Source: Rotaria socialis
Taxonomy: Eukaryota
Direction: 5' to 3'
DNA: 64,000 nt
NCBI GenBank assembly: GCA_905331295.1
Contig: CAJNYD010000333.1
Location: forward strand, 62,001-126,000
Position numbers and translations under genes: made by a program. The first letter of the stretch is position 1. Every line of letters begins with the position of its first letter. The notes below the pieces were generated by a model. The model did not search any database, had not been told where the DNA came from, and worked only from the letters and a program-made list of their open reading frames with translations. Of the stretch, positions 26,081-38,828 are shown piece by piece.

Positions 26081-28391
26081 TCAATCTGATTCATAGTATG
26101 AAATAGAATTTTCAACAAAATAATCATTAATACGTTTGCGCATGTTATCAACATCTTGTTTAAAACCAACTAATTTCAAATGGTTTTGCTTGACTTGTAC
26201 CAGCACACGCCGACGCCGAAAACCACCCGAACTTGAATACAAATCACGTATATGTCCATTCCATGAGTCACTTGTCAAACAACGTTTATCATCTTTATCG
26301 AGCATTATCGAGCTAATGTGTACATCACGTCGAATTAAATCATAAACTTGATCACAAGTATCACGTGTTAAACTATAGAGAATAAGTTTGTGATGGTAAC
26401 TCCCGTTATTATTTGATAATGTATCGACCGTATTGAGATTTCTTGTTGGCGATGCTGAACTTCGCCGATGATTATTACTTATACGTTCAATTTCGTAGGC
26501 GCATACATGATCCGCAACTACTAAATTCCCAATTATCAATTCGACTAGATGAACGGAAAACGAATGTCAACTTTTTTCTTATGAAATTGTAGAAAACAAA
26601 AGCTGTTTTTACCTGTATCAGGATTCGATAGAAAAACTGCCAGTTCTTTTCCTATTTTATAATGTCTATGAACTAGACTATTGAGTATAGATTCAAAATA
26701 ATTTTTACAAACAGTGACTTGATCAGGTGGACCACATAGATGAACTCGTCGGCCTGTTCGGTCGATATCAATGCTTAAATTTAGATACGTATGTCGTGCT
26801 AAATCAACAAAACGCATCGCAAGTAGATCAAGTTGATATAAGCGTAAATTATCAATATAATCGTCGACTGTTGTTTTTGACAGTGACGACGGTAATTCAG
26901 CATTATGCATGCTTCGTCTCAATGGCGATGAACGAAGGAATACCGATGAACGATGATTATTTACTTTTGGATCACGTGCTGGCGTAAATGGTTTACTGCG
27001 ATAAACTGCATCATTCAAAGGAATCGTATTGTTTGTTGTTATCTTCGATGTTGTCAACATATCAGTAAGTTCGTTGAGAGCTCGATCGAGATGATCTTTT
27101 AATGCTGTTACTTTTATATTATCCGGCTGATTTTCTGAAGGTATCAATTGAAAAAGACGTGTATTATCTTTCAGCGAAAGATCGGCAAGTTGTTCACAGG
27201 TAATGACTGGTATTTTGTGGTTATTCCACGGGACTTTGTAAATAGCAAGACGGTCATTGAGAAAAGATTCAACAAATTTTTCGATATCATTCGCCCATTG
27301 TAAACGTCGTTTAACTGTTGAACGTGTACCATTATAGACTACTTCTAACGAACCTTCGGTTTGTAGACTAACAGTGGCATTTAATGGTTTTAATTTTTCA
27401 CGAAGTTCTTCAAGTAATGGGCGATTTTTAAGTAAAAACAAATAGCGACTATCATCAGAAGCACGATAACGTATTGGATCGGGTTGTTTGTCAATATTCG
27501 ATGCATCGATAAACGGTTCAATGCCCATGTGTTCATAATAAATTCGTACATCTAAACGATGTCCATGTATTAAATGTTCATGTTTAATAACTCGACGTAC
27601 GTCTAGAGAGAAAAGCAAAACGATATTCAAAGACTCGAAAAGTCAAATTTTGTTCGTTTCTTTTTGACAACCTTTATGATCAGCAAATGTGACCAGTGCA
27701 TGTTGATGTTCATCATAAAGTGTAACATCAATAACTTGACCACCATTACTACGACGTCGATTTGAAAAATACAACTCGAGTACGTCGCGTGATATATCTG
27801 ATGGTAGATTGCGTATCATTACAGTTGCTGGTGGTGTAACTTCAATGATAGAAATCTCAGATTCATTTAATTTTGGCCGGCCTGCATGACGACGCCGTAC
27901 CTCCGTTAGATCTTAATCAAAACAAAAAACGTTCTGTTAACTGTAGACAAAAATAGATTTCAACAAGAAAAGAAACGATGCTAACCGAGATCAGTTTTAA
28001 AAGTGACCATTACAGTTGTATCTTCAAGATTAGAATATTCGATGCGTTCGATTTCGGCTTCGCCGGATAAATGTTCCAAATAAAGTTCGAGATATTCTCG
28101 AATAAGATCAATAGGTAAATTAAGCAAAATTAAGCGACGTGAATCTACATCATTTGAACGTGATGATGCCGATGAAATATTTGGAAATGCCGAGCTTTTC
28201 GACGGCGATACATGAGATCCGTATACAGATGTATCAGCGGATTTAATTGATTGAGGACTATTTGTCGATGAATAATATTGAGCCACAAGAAGCGACGACG
28301 ATGACGATGCTGATAATGTTGGAGCAATAGGATATTGATGATAATGTGGAGAATAATGTGTTTGAATCGGTGGCGTAGAGCCTTGCTGCAT
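26081..28391 (-). CDS. PARP14/PARP10-like N-terminal RRM + KH-like protein without a detectable catalytic domain, 4 exons
   Basis: NLPSDISRDVLELYFSNRRRSNGGQV...ALVTF (PARP14-type RRM), an upstream similar RRM, and KH-like segments (RVHLCGPPDQV; LKLVGFKQDV); in-frame stop at 26081. Confidence 0.7.
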
Positions 28392-28972
28392 AATTAATAG
28401 CTGAGAGATGAACTAAATGATAGTAAAACACAGAGTGATTATTTTTAAAATGTATGATTTTTTTCATATTCACAATCGCGTGAAATAGATAATGATAAAA
28501 AAGAAGAAGAAGAGACACATACGCTCTGTCTCGATTTCTCTCGTTTTTTCAGTGAACAACGATCATGTATATGCACAATCTGTGAACCGTATCGCAACAA
28601 CGTATTTTAACATAGCCAACGCATATCTCTCTAGTCTTTCGTTTCATTTTTCTACTTGTACAAAGAGTAAGCGATGAATCTTGCAAAAAAAAGAGAAAAT
28701 GAGCCGCTCGAATGGCTTGACAAGTATACATCGATTTACACATACTTGATTGATAATTGGAGGCCGCGGTAAAGAATATTTCATTATGATCACACATTCA
28801 ACTGAGAATATCCATTTTGCATCAATCAAAGAAACATTAGTCTAATCAAAATATGTAGTTGTCTATTTTTTTATCTAAATATGTGTCTCGATCGATAATT
28901 AACCGACCCAAGGTAACAGAATTATTTCTTTTTTGGCACGTATTTTTCCCATTTTCAAAGATATTTTTATTA

Positions 28973-29839
28973 TTAAAAAATTAATTTATTCAAAGTAAAG
29001 AAAATGAAAAAGGAACTTGAGAGAAAAAATAAAATGTTCATTATTTGCTTTTGCTTTTTACGCTTTCGATATGTATTTAAATCAATTATTTCTTTTGTTA
29101 AATCTATCCTATCATTCGATCCATTGTAACCACATTCGTTTGGTGGATAGATAAGTCGTATTTTTTCACGAGTATCATTGTCGTCAATAGCAACAAATTT
29201 TTCATTACGTAACGATGTATATTTTCCAATCGGATAATCGCCAATAGCACATCCATTGGATTTGATTTGATGTTTTTCAAGTAGGTCTTCAGCTTGATCA
29301 ACATAATCAAGATATCGTTCAAGCGAAATTTGATCTTTAGGTGTTAACTCATACACTGGATATATATCTCCTACATTTGATAAATCCCAATTAATCATTC
29401 CTTTTGCTTTGCTTAAATCACTGTTAGAATAAAGCATTGTTTGATGAGTTTTTGATGTGCACTCATAGAGTAGTATGTAGACAGTGATCTCTCGCCCATA
29501 CATATGTTTAGGCCATGTATTGTCAAAATCTTTCCAATGATCCGGATATCGCGCTTTAAGACCTACAGGTAATTTCATGTCATAGTAAAGTTCTGATAGA
29601 AGATTGAATGCCAAAGGAATATCTCGAGGTCGAATAGAAAAATGTATTTTCCAATCGGCTGTAAGATGTTCACATGTGGCTTGTGCGAGCCAATATCGTC
29701 GAGCGGTTATGGTAAAAATGCGAACCCATTGATTTGATGCACCTAAATAGTAGCCCGATCGATGAAGCATTCGATTTTCCACCAATAATCGAACATAGTC
29801 GAAATAGAATTCTTCTTCTGTGTCTTTATCTCCGTGCAT
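28973..29839 (-). CDS. Putative phosphothreonine lyase (OspF/SpvC/HopAI1; LanL lyase-like fold) with C-terminal membrane anchor, intronless
   Basis: 288-aa ORF with ordered motifs WKIHFSI, AFNLLSEL, P-x-x-LK, G-REITVYI, E-x-x-L, C-x3-D-x-P and KYTSLRNE, followed by RKRKKQK and a hydrophobic tail. Confidence 0.72.
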   Translation of the reverse strand: MHGDKDTEEEFYFDYVRLLVENRMLHRSGYYLGASNQWVRIFTITARRYWLAQATCEHLTADWKIHFSIRPRDIPLAFNLLSELYYDMKLPVGLKARYPDHWKDFDNTWPKHMYGREITVYILLYECTSKTHQTMLYSNSDLSKAKGMINWDLSNVGDIYPVYELTPKDQISLERYLDYVDQAEDLLEKHQIKSNGCAIGDYPIGKYTSLRNEKFVAIDDNDTREKIRLIYPPNECGYNGSNDRIDLTKEIIDLNTYRKRKKQKQIMNILFFLSSSFFIFFTLNKLIF

Positions 29840-30018
29840 ACTTGCTTACTAATGACTCATTCTGTGACACGTCAGTATATATAAATTTACATCAACTAAC
29901 TGAGTTTCTTTTATTTTTCATTGTATTCGATATTTCTTTCTTTTCTTTTATTTACGTCAAAAAACAAACGTAACAATGAATCAACACAGACAAAGGAAAG
30001 TTTTCTTTCTTTTTTTGC

Positions 30019-33000
30019 TCAGCCATCTGAGTCATCAAATTTAATTGAAAATGTATTAACCGAATCAATTTTACCACCATGATATGAACCACGTTTCTTT
30101 TTCGTTTTTTCATGACGAAAACTTTTACCGCGAGTAAATTTTAAATCAGCATTCGCTTTCTCACCCCATGAACCACGTGCACCCGCCTAGATAAAAACAA
30201 TAGAGATTACACCTACGAGAACCACAAAAACAATTTTTACTTTATTTTCAAATGAATTTTTCCCCATTTTTTGTAAATACTCGGGATCAGCATCCTCTTC
30301 GCGAACACGACGAAATGGAGATGTTGTACGCTAGAAACAAAACAAAACAATACATATTATATATTGTAAAATTGAGTCTACACACTTTTTCGTTTCCATT
30401 ATTTTGTGATTTATTCATCTAAACATTCAATATTATAAAAAAGAAAATAACAATAAAAAAAAAATCAAAGAAACTAACTTGATTCTCTTTTTGCATTGAA
30501 CCATTAAGTGAAACATTTTTATGCGCTGGTTTTTCATCTTCGGACTCATCACTTGATGATGGTGCTTTACGTTTTAAATTGCTATTGCCATTAACGGCTG
30601 CAACCGATGGTTTAGATATAGTCGAACCTAAATTACAACATAGGGGATTCATTTTTAAAGCGAGATAATTTTACAAACCATTCGTGAGAGTTTTTTTAAT
30701 TGGTTTGTCATCGTCAGAATCCGAATCACTGCTATCTGATACAGCAGCTTTTTTATTATTAATTGACACATTCGCTGGTTGAACTGATGGTTTGTTCAAG
30801 ACAGCAGGCTTTTTGCTCGCTGGAGCAGCATCCTCATCGGAATCGCTACTGCTTGATGAAGCAGGCTTTTTCATTGGTTGTTGACTAGGTCTTGTGATTG
30901 GTGTTGATTTAACTGGTGAAGCTGCTGGTTTTAATTTAATATCATCGTCGGATGAATCAGATGATGAATCTTTTTTCTTGTTATTTGAAACATTCACGGG
31001 CGTAGATACAACAGCTTTGTGTACAGCTGGAGTAATATTAGCTATTTAAGAAAACAATTGAAAATATATACAAAGATTGGATACGATGGAAACAAAAAAG
31101 AAACATACTTTTATTTAGCAGTATTGATTGTTTTTTAATCGTAGGTACGGGAACAACATCGGAATCTGAACTCGAACTACTTGACGAAGCTGCTTTACGT
31201 TTGATCGATTGAACTTGTGTAGTTGCTGTTGGTTTAGCTGGTTGTTTCTTTACGTCATCATCAGAAGAATCCGATGAAGAAGAATCTTGTTTCTCCTTAT
31301 TGCTATTATTTGATACAACCGGCGTTTTGGCAATCTTTGAAACAACAGGTGTAGTAGGTGCTTAAAAAATTTGAAACACACACATATATATATTTCTATA
31401 TCGAAATTTCAAAATGATGATAATCCTACTTTTAACAGTTGAGATTTGTTGTGTTGGCTTTTTGTTCACAGGTTTATCGTCTTCTGAATCACTACTACTT
31501 GAACTAGCAGCCTTCTTTATTACTGGTGTAGGAGCTGATTTAGTAACTGCAAGTATTGGTTTTGTTTTTTTCTTGTCGTCATCCGACGATGAGTCTGATG
31601 ATGAATCTTTCTTTTTCGAAATTCGTGCCGTAGCTTGTGCCAATACAACAGGCTTTTTAGCTGGAGGTGCTAAAGCAACTAGAAAATAGTAAATATTAGA
31701 TTTCAGAGATATTTCTAAAGCTGAAGTTTTACTCTTTGATACAGCTGATTGTTTAGCTGTAGTATTATCATCTGAATCACTACTATTGCTTGAAGAGGCA
31801 GCCTTTTTAGTTGTTCGTTGCATTGGAGTAGATGTGGACGATGGTCTGTTAAGTGCAAATGCAGCTTTTTTATTCTTGTCATCAGCACTTGATGAATCCG
31901 AATCAGACGAACTATCTTTCTTCTTAGCTGCAACTTGAACTGCACTTTTAGTCACTGGTGTAGATGGCACTAAAGAGAAAACAATAGGAATCAACAATTT
32001 ACATTTCACTGATTGAAATAGAATATATACCTTTCGATACAACTGGCGTTTTGGCAATTGGTTTATCATCATCTGATGAATCACTATCGCTTGATGAAGC
32101 AGGTTTTTTAACCGGTTGTTGAACTGGTTTAGCAGGCGTAGGTGCTGCTTTCACAGGTGCTTTTTTCAGTTTATCATCATCCGATGATGATGAATCTGAT
32201 GAACTATCTTTCTTCTTATTGCTTGATAGACCAGCTGGTGGTGGTATTGCAACTTTCAGTGCTACTGAAATAATTAGAAACAAATGGCAAAAGTTCATCT
32301 TCAAAGACTGTGATTGAATAGTTACCTTTTGACGCAACTGGAGTCTTGTTCGCTGGTTTATCATCATCATCGGAATCACTGCTACTTGATGAAGCAGGTT
32401 TCTTAACTGGTTTTGCAGCGACCGGTGTTACTTTTTTTATTGGTGACTTTTTTTGTTTATCATCCTCGGTGGAATCTGAATCTGATGAAGAATCTTTCTT
32501 CTTAATACTCTTGAGATTAGCTGGTGGTGGTACAGCAGCTTTTTGTGTAACTAAAAAGAGTATGAAATTTAGGATGCACTTAACCAACGATGAGAATAAG
32601 ATCATTACCTTTGGAAACAACTGGAGTCTTTGTGACTGGTTTGTCATCATCTGAATCGCTACTGCTTGATGAGGCAGGTTTTTTAATTGGCTGTTGTGCT
32701 GGTTTGACAGCAATTGGAGCTTTCTTTTGTTTATCGTCATCTGATGAATCTGAATCAGATGATGAATCTTTCTTCTTGGTAGCAGAGACCGAAGCTGGTG
32801 TTGGTACTGCTGGTTTTGTTACAGTCGGTGTAGCTAAAAAGAATAAAACCATGTAAAACAAATGATGTGCTAGGAAAAAGATGGTTATGTACCCTTTGAC
32901 GCGACTGGTTTGACGCTTGCTGGTTTGTCATCATCTGATGATGAATCACTGCTACTTGATGGGACAGCTTTTTTAATTGGTTGTTGTACAATTTTAGCAG

Positions 33001-36000
33001 CTATCGGCGCTTTTACCGGTGTTTTCTTTTGTTTATCATCATCTGATGAATCCGATGAAGATGATGAATCTTGTTTCTTCTTATTAGTAGCAGTAGCTGG
33101 AGTAGTAGCGATTGGTTTCTTGAATATTGGAGTAGCAGGTGTAGCAGGAGCTGCACATTGAGATCATATGATATAAAAAACAATGAATTCTCATAAAACA
33201 AAATGCTTACCTTTAGCAGGTGTTGTTGATGTTGGTTTTTTTATTGCTGGTGCGTCAGAATCGCTACTACTGCTTGAACTTGAGTCTTTCTTTGTTACAA
33301 TTGGAGTTGCTTTCGGTTTATTGGTAATTGTTACCACTGGTTTCTTGTCATTCTCGTTTGATGAATCTGAATCTGATGAAGAGTTCGACTTTTTCTGGCT
33401 TTTGTTCAATGCAGCAACTACTGGTTTGGATGCTGGTGTCATAATTGCTACAAAAAATAAATATGACATTAAAATTAACAACAAAGTTTAAGTGTGACAT
33501 TTACGTTTGGCTGGTGATTTCTTTGTTGCAGGCATTTCCTCTTCGGAATCGCTGCTACTTGAACTGCAAACTTTTTTTACTGTCGATGGAGCTGGATTCG
33601 TTTTCATAGGTGCTTGAGATTTCTTTTTATTGTCGTCCGATGAATCTGAATCTGATGAAGAATCTTTCTTCTTAATATTTGATGCAACAACTGGCGTCGA
33701 AACAGCAAGCTTTTTAACAGTTGGTGTGTTAACTACGAAAGCACAAGAAAATCATTAGGAACAGTCAGGTCACATAGAAATAATTTTACCTTTAGATACA
33801 GCTTGTTTTTTAACTGGTGTATCATCATCTGAATCACTACTGCTGCTTGAAGGTGCAGGTCTTTTGACTGCTGCTTGTGGTTTTGGAGTTGTTGCTACTG
33901 ATGGTTTGGTAACTGCAGGTGCAACCTTTTTCTTTTTGCCATCGTCACTTGACGAATCAGAATCCGATGAACTGTCTTTCTTTTTAGCTGCAACTTGAAC
34001 TGTGGTTTTATTCAGTGGTGTAACTGGTGCTATAGGGAAGAAAATAACATAGAAAATTTACATTTCACTGATTGAAATAGATATATACCTTTCGATAGAA
34101 CTGGTGTCTTAGCAGTTGGTTTGTCACCGTCGGATGAATCAGAATCAGATGAGCTTTCTTTCTTTTTAGTAATTGCAGCTTTGGATACAGTTGGTGTAGC
34201 TATGATGAATACATAGGTATAGATGCATAAACAAAGAGAAATACCTTACCTTTCGATACAACTGGTTTCACAACAGCTGGTTTGTCATCATCTGATGAAT
34301 CACTGCTGCTTGATGAAGCAGGCTTCTTCGCCGGTTGTTGAACTGACTTTACAGCTACTGGTGTTGCTTTCACTGGTGCCTTCTTTTGTTTGTCATCGTC
34401 TGATGATGAATCAGATGAGCTTTGTTTCTTCTTTGTATTTGCGATACTAGCTGATGGTGTTACAACCGCTTTTTGCGTGACTAAAATATCTCGACTTATA
34501 TGAAAGGTTCGGCAATGTAGAAATAGTTACTCTTTGATGTAACTGGAGTTTTATTTATTGGTTTATCTTCATCATCGGAATCACTGCTGCTTGATGAAGC
34601 AGGTTTCTTCACCGGTTGTTGGACTGGCTTTGCAACTACTGGTGTTGCTTTCGCTGGTGCCTTCTTTTGTTTGTCATCATCTGATGATGAATCAGAATCC
34701 GATGATGAATCTTTTTTCTTATTGCTCGTAAGACTAGCTGGTGGTGGTACAGCAGTTTTTTGTAGCACTAGAACAGTCCGCAGTGAGCAATACTCATGAT
34801 AACTTTACACTTAATGAATAGTTACCTTTAGTTGGAACTGATGTCTTTTTGGTTGTTTTATCATCATCTGAATCGCTGCTGCTGGATGAAGCAGCTTTCT
34901 TAACCGGTTGTTGAGCTGGTTTCGATACTGGTGCGGCTTTCACTGGTGCTTTTTTCGGGGCCTCATCATCGGATGAGTCCGAATCGGATGATGAATCTTT
35001 TTTCTTGTTATTTGAAAGTTGAGCTGGTACTGCAGCCTTTACTACAGTTGGCACGGCTGTAATGATGTAACGCTAATAGATAGAGAAAATACTATAACGA
35101 GAGCTATATGTACCTTTAGACATTGCCGGTTTGACATTTTTTGGTTTATCATCATCATCGTCGGAATCACTGCTGCTTGATGCAGCAGGTTTTTTAACTG
35201 GTTTTGCAGCAATTGGTGTTGTTTTTACTGGTGTTTTCTTTTTTTTATCATTATCTGATGATGAATCTGAATCTGACGATGAATCTTTCTTCTTATTATT
35301 TGTAAGACTTGTTGGTGGTGGTATAGCAAATTTTGGTGCTACTAAAAAATGCGGCATCAATTGATGAGTTCAGTATTTCCTGAATATGAGAACTACTTAC
35401 CCTTTGATGGAACTGGTGTCTTTTTGACGGGCTCGTCATCATCTGAATCACTGCTACTTGATGAAGCAGGTTTTTTGACGAGCTGTTGAACAGGTTTAGC
35501 AACTATTGGTGCTTTTACTGGTAATTTCTTTAGTTTATTATCATCTGATGAATCTGAATCGGATGATGAAACTTGTTTTTTTATAGTTGAAATACTAGCT
35601 GGTGTTAGTGCAGTAGGTTTTCTAATAACTAATTTTCCATTAACTATGAATATAAAAGATTTAGGATAAAAAAATGATCGAACAACAAAACAAAATCACC
35701 TTTAGTTGGTGTAGATGGTGGTTGCTTTTTAGTAGCTGGTGGTGCAGCATCATCGGAATCAGAAGCTGAACTACTCGACGAAGCTGCTTTACGTTTCAAT
35801 AGAGATTTAGCAGGTTGAGTAGGTTGTATTTTTGTCGTGTTGGCAGATGGTTTTTGTTCATCTTCATCACTTGAATCTGACGAAGATGATGAATCTTTCT
35901 TTTTATGATTTCCATTCGATATCAATGCCTTTGGTGGAGGTATTGCTGCCTTCTTCTGAATTTGAGCCGAGACTAAAATTGAAAAATTTCCATTTTAGAT

Positions 36001-36130
36001 GTAATCTCATTTATTTGCAAAATTTTTGTTTACCTCCTTTTTTCACTGGTGTATCATCATCGGAATCATCACTACTGGATGATTGCCTTGATGGAACGTT
36101 TTTATTTTGTTTCGCAGCAAGGATAACCAT
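30019..36130 (-). CDS. NOLC1: Nopp140/NOLC1 nucleolar phosphoprotein with SRP40 C-terminal domain, roughly 23 exons
   Basis: Many alternating acidic-serine and K/P/A-rich repeats; C-terminus PFRRV...[40 protein letters not shown]...SIKFDD. Confidence 0.92.
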
Positions 36131-36325
36131 CTAAAAACTGTTAAGATAAATATTCGCTGACCCAAAAAATAAATAAATAAACATATTTTATGTGATAGAC
36201 AAAAAGAAAATGAAAAACACAAGACATAAGTTTTAAACAAAAAACATAATCTAGGAGTTGACAAATAAACGAACAGATTGAACGAAGAGAAGAACCATCT
36301 GACCTCATTAACATGGTTCAAATTA

Positions 36326-38789
36326 TCAAAAATATTCGCATTTCATTATAAATAATTGATTTTCTTCACGTTTTATATATGTTAAAATGCGATCGATACA
36401 CAATGTTACTGTTTCTAACGCAACCAATGGTGAAAATACTGCATGCATTTCAAAACCTGGAGCTAACTAAAAATTTGAAAAAAAGAAATAAGAGAAATAA
36501 GAGAAATCTTCATTTTATCTTACCCATCCAAGTAATGATTCATGTTCACCTCTGAAATAGACAATTTTTAATTGATGATTCGGATCATGTAAACGTCCAT
36601 AGACATAACGTATTAATTCAAATAATCTAACATGTTGTTCATTTGTCGTATACGGAGGTAACATTTTCGATGATGTATATTGACTTAAACCACGTGATTT
36701 ATATGCAAAAAATCTTAGATCACTACATGATATTTCATCACTTAGAAGACGATCTTTACCCAACGATATTTTAATTGGTAACAGGGCATTTACTTTTCTT
36801 AATTTCTAAATTTTCATCAATTAAAAACTAAAAAGATAACAATAATAAAATATGAGTTTTACCTCTCCGATACGTTCTTTGAATTCTGATAATATTTGAA
36901 AATGTTCAGGATTCACTGTCATTAGAATGAGACATATATCACAACTTTCATCTAAATACGATATGTGTGCATGAAGACAACCTCTAAAAATTCGAAATAA
37001 TCAATATTTTTTTTCTGAAGTCGATTATAATACAAACCCTGAATCAAATCTCGGCAAGCAAACAGGTACCCATGATTCTACACCTTTAAATGCCTCCGAA
37101 CTATTAACAAGATTAACTAGTAGATACAGATCAGATGGATGTAAATGATAATTTTTTAAACGAGCTATTGACACAAGTCGATTATGCGCAAGAATTATAG
37201 CAAATATCATATCCTAAAAAAAGCGATCATCATTAATTAAATAAACGAAAATAATCAAAATCTACCTTTTGACCGCGTATTGTTTGTGCAACTATTTGTC
37301 CTATTTGAGTGCGTACATTTGCTGGTAATATTAAACATCTAGCACATGTCATAACCATTCCGAGATCATGCTCATACATATCAATTATATTATAAAGAAG
37401 TTTTTTCTCAGCATTCGATAACCAACGACGTAGGTCAAAATTTGGTTGAACAGTAAATTTTTGTTTAATACGACTTAGTGTTAATGTACTAATGATTTGA
37501 TGATATGCGTATGTTAATTGTTGTGTTAAACACATTGGATGTTCATTTATGTAAGAGATTAAGACAAATATTAATGGTTCTTTATGTAGAAAAGCTATAC
37601 GACAACGACCAGCTTTTATATAATTTAATTGACTTGATGCGATTACTTCAGAAAATGATACAAGAGTTTGCATAACGCCCATCAAAGTAACCAGATTTTC
37701 TTCATCGCCATACCTAAATTTATTTCGTGCTTATTAGATTTAGTTCAAGAAGAATATGCGTGAAAACGAAGAATAGAGGAACGGAGAGACGAGGGCATAT
37801 ATAACGTGTACGGCTATTTGAAGTGCATATCAGCGTGACGAGTAGAGGTCATTCGAAACAAAGAAAAATGAATCTTGATAAATTCTCAGTATTCGATAGA
37901 TGACGCAGTATTTTGCACAGTACTTAATATCACGACGACTGATTAGAATATGTAATTTAAGAATGAGAGGATAGTTTATCAAAATAAATAGTTGTAAAAT
38001 TTTATTCGCAATAGTTAAATATATTCTGGCAACATGATTCGCTCAACCCTTATAGATATAATTTAGGACACAGCTAATATTTTTACAATCAAAGGTAGGC
38101 TCCATAGTTCCACCCTATTAACTTCAAAACTGTGCTTCTATCATGTCAGAAGAAATTTATTTTCTTTTTCCTCATCGTATCTGGAAGTCTCTTCATAGGG
38201 CAGTATTTTTACACATATAACTCAACACACAATTTCAATCCCGTCCTTTCTGTATCACCTATTTCAATATGAAAAAAAAATTACCTTGTAAAAACAGGTT
38301 TACCATTTTCACTTAAAATGAACAGATGCTTCAATTTACTCTTCAATATACTCATATTCATTTCATCATCATTATCATAAGATACTTCTTCTTCTTCTTC
38401 GACATTTGCACTTGTTACAATTGGTATTAAAGTTGTTCCAGCTGCTGTTGTGTCATCATCAGCGGAATAATAACTGGTCGAATCATCAGCTACTATCTAT
38501 ATACCACTGAGAAAAAATAACAATGTAACCTCGAGAAAAAAAGCGTTCATCTCTGAATGATTCTTACAGTGTTCGCTGTATCATTTGCTATTCCTACTTG
38601 TAAAGAATTCTTTCGTATTAAACTAATTAGACCAGTGGATGGTTCGTTGTTATCATCGAATACTGCTGATTCATCTTGAGTTTCTTGTAAATTTTGATAG
38701 GATGGTAAAGCTTCAAGTATGGCTGTGATTTCTTCTGTACTATCACTGTGGTTCGTCTGTAAGAGATTAATCATAGAGGATGTCATCAT
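36326..38789 (-). CDS. MON1: Vacuolar fusion protein MON1 (Rab7 GEF subunit)
   Basis: LFILSENGKPVFTRYGDEE, NFDLRRWL, LHPSDLYLLVNLV, ESWVPVCLPRFDSG, LLGW|LAPGFEMHAVFSPL. Confidence 0.93.
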
Positions 38790-38828
38790 CTAGAATATGA
38801 AAGAAAAACAAAATTTTAACAAATATAA

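Noticed and set aside
31414..35364. Plus-strand ORFs such as SSSESLLL...
   Set aside because: Antisense shadows of NOLC1 low-complexity exons.
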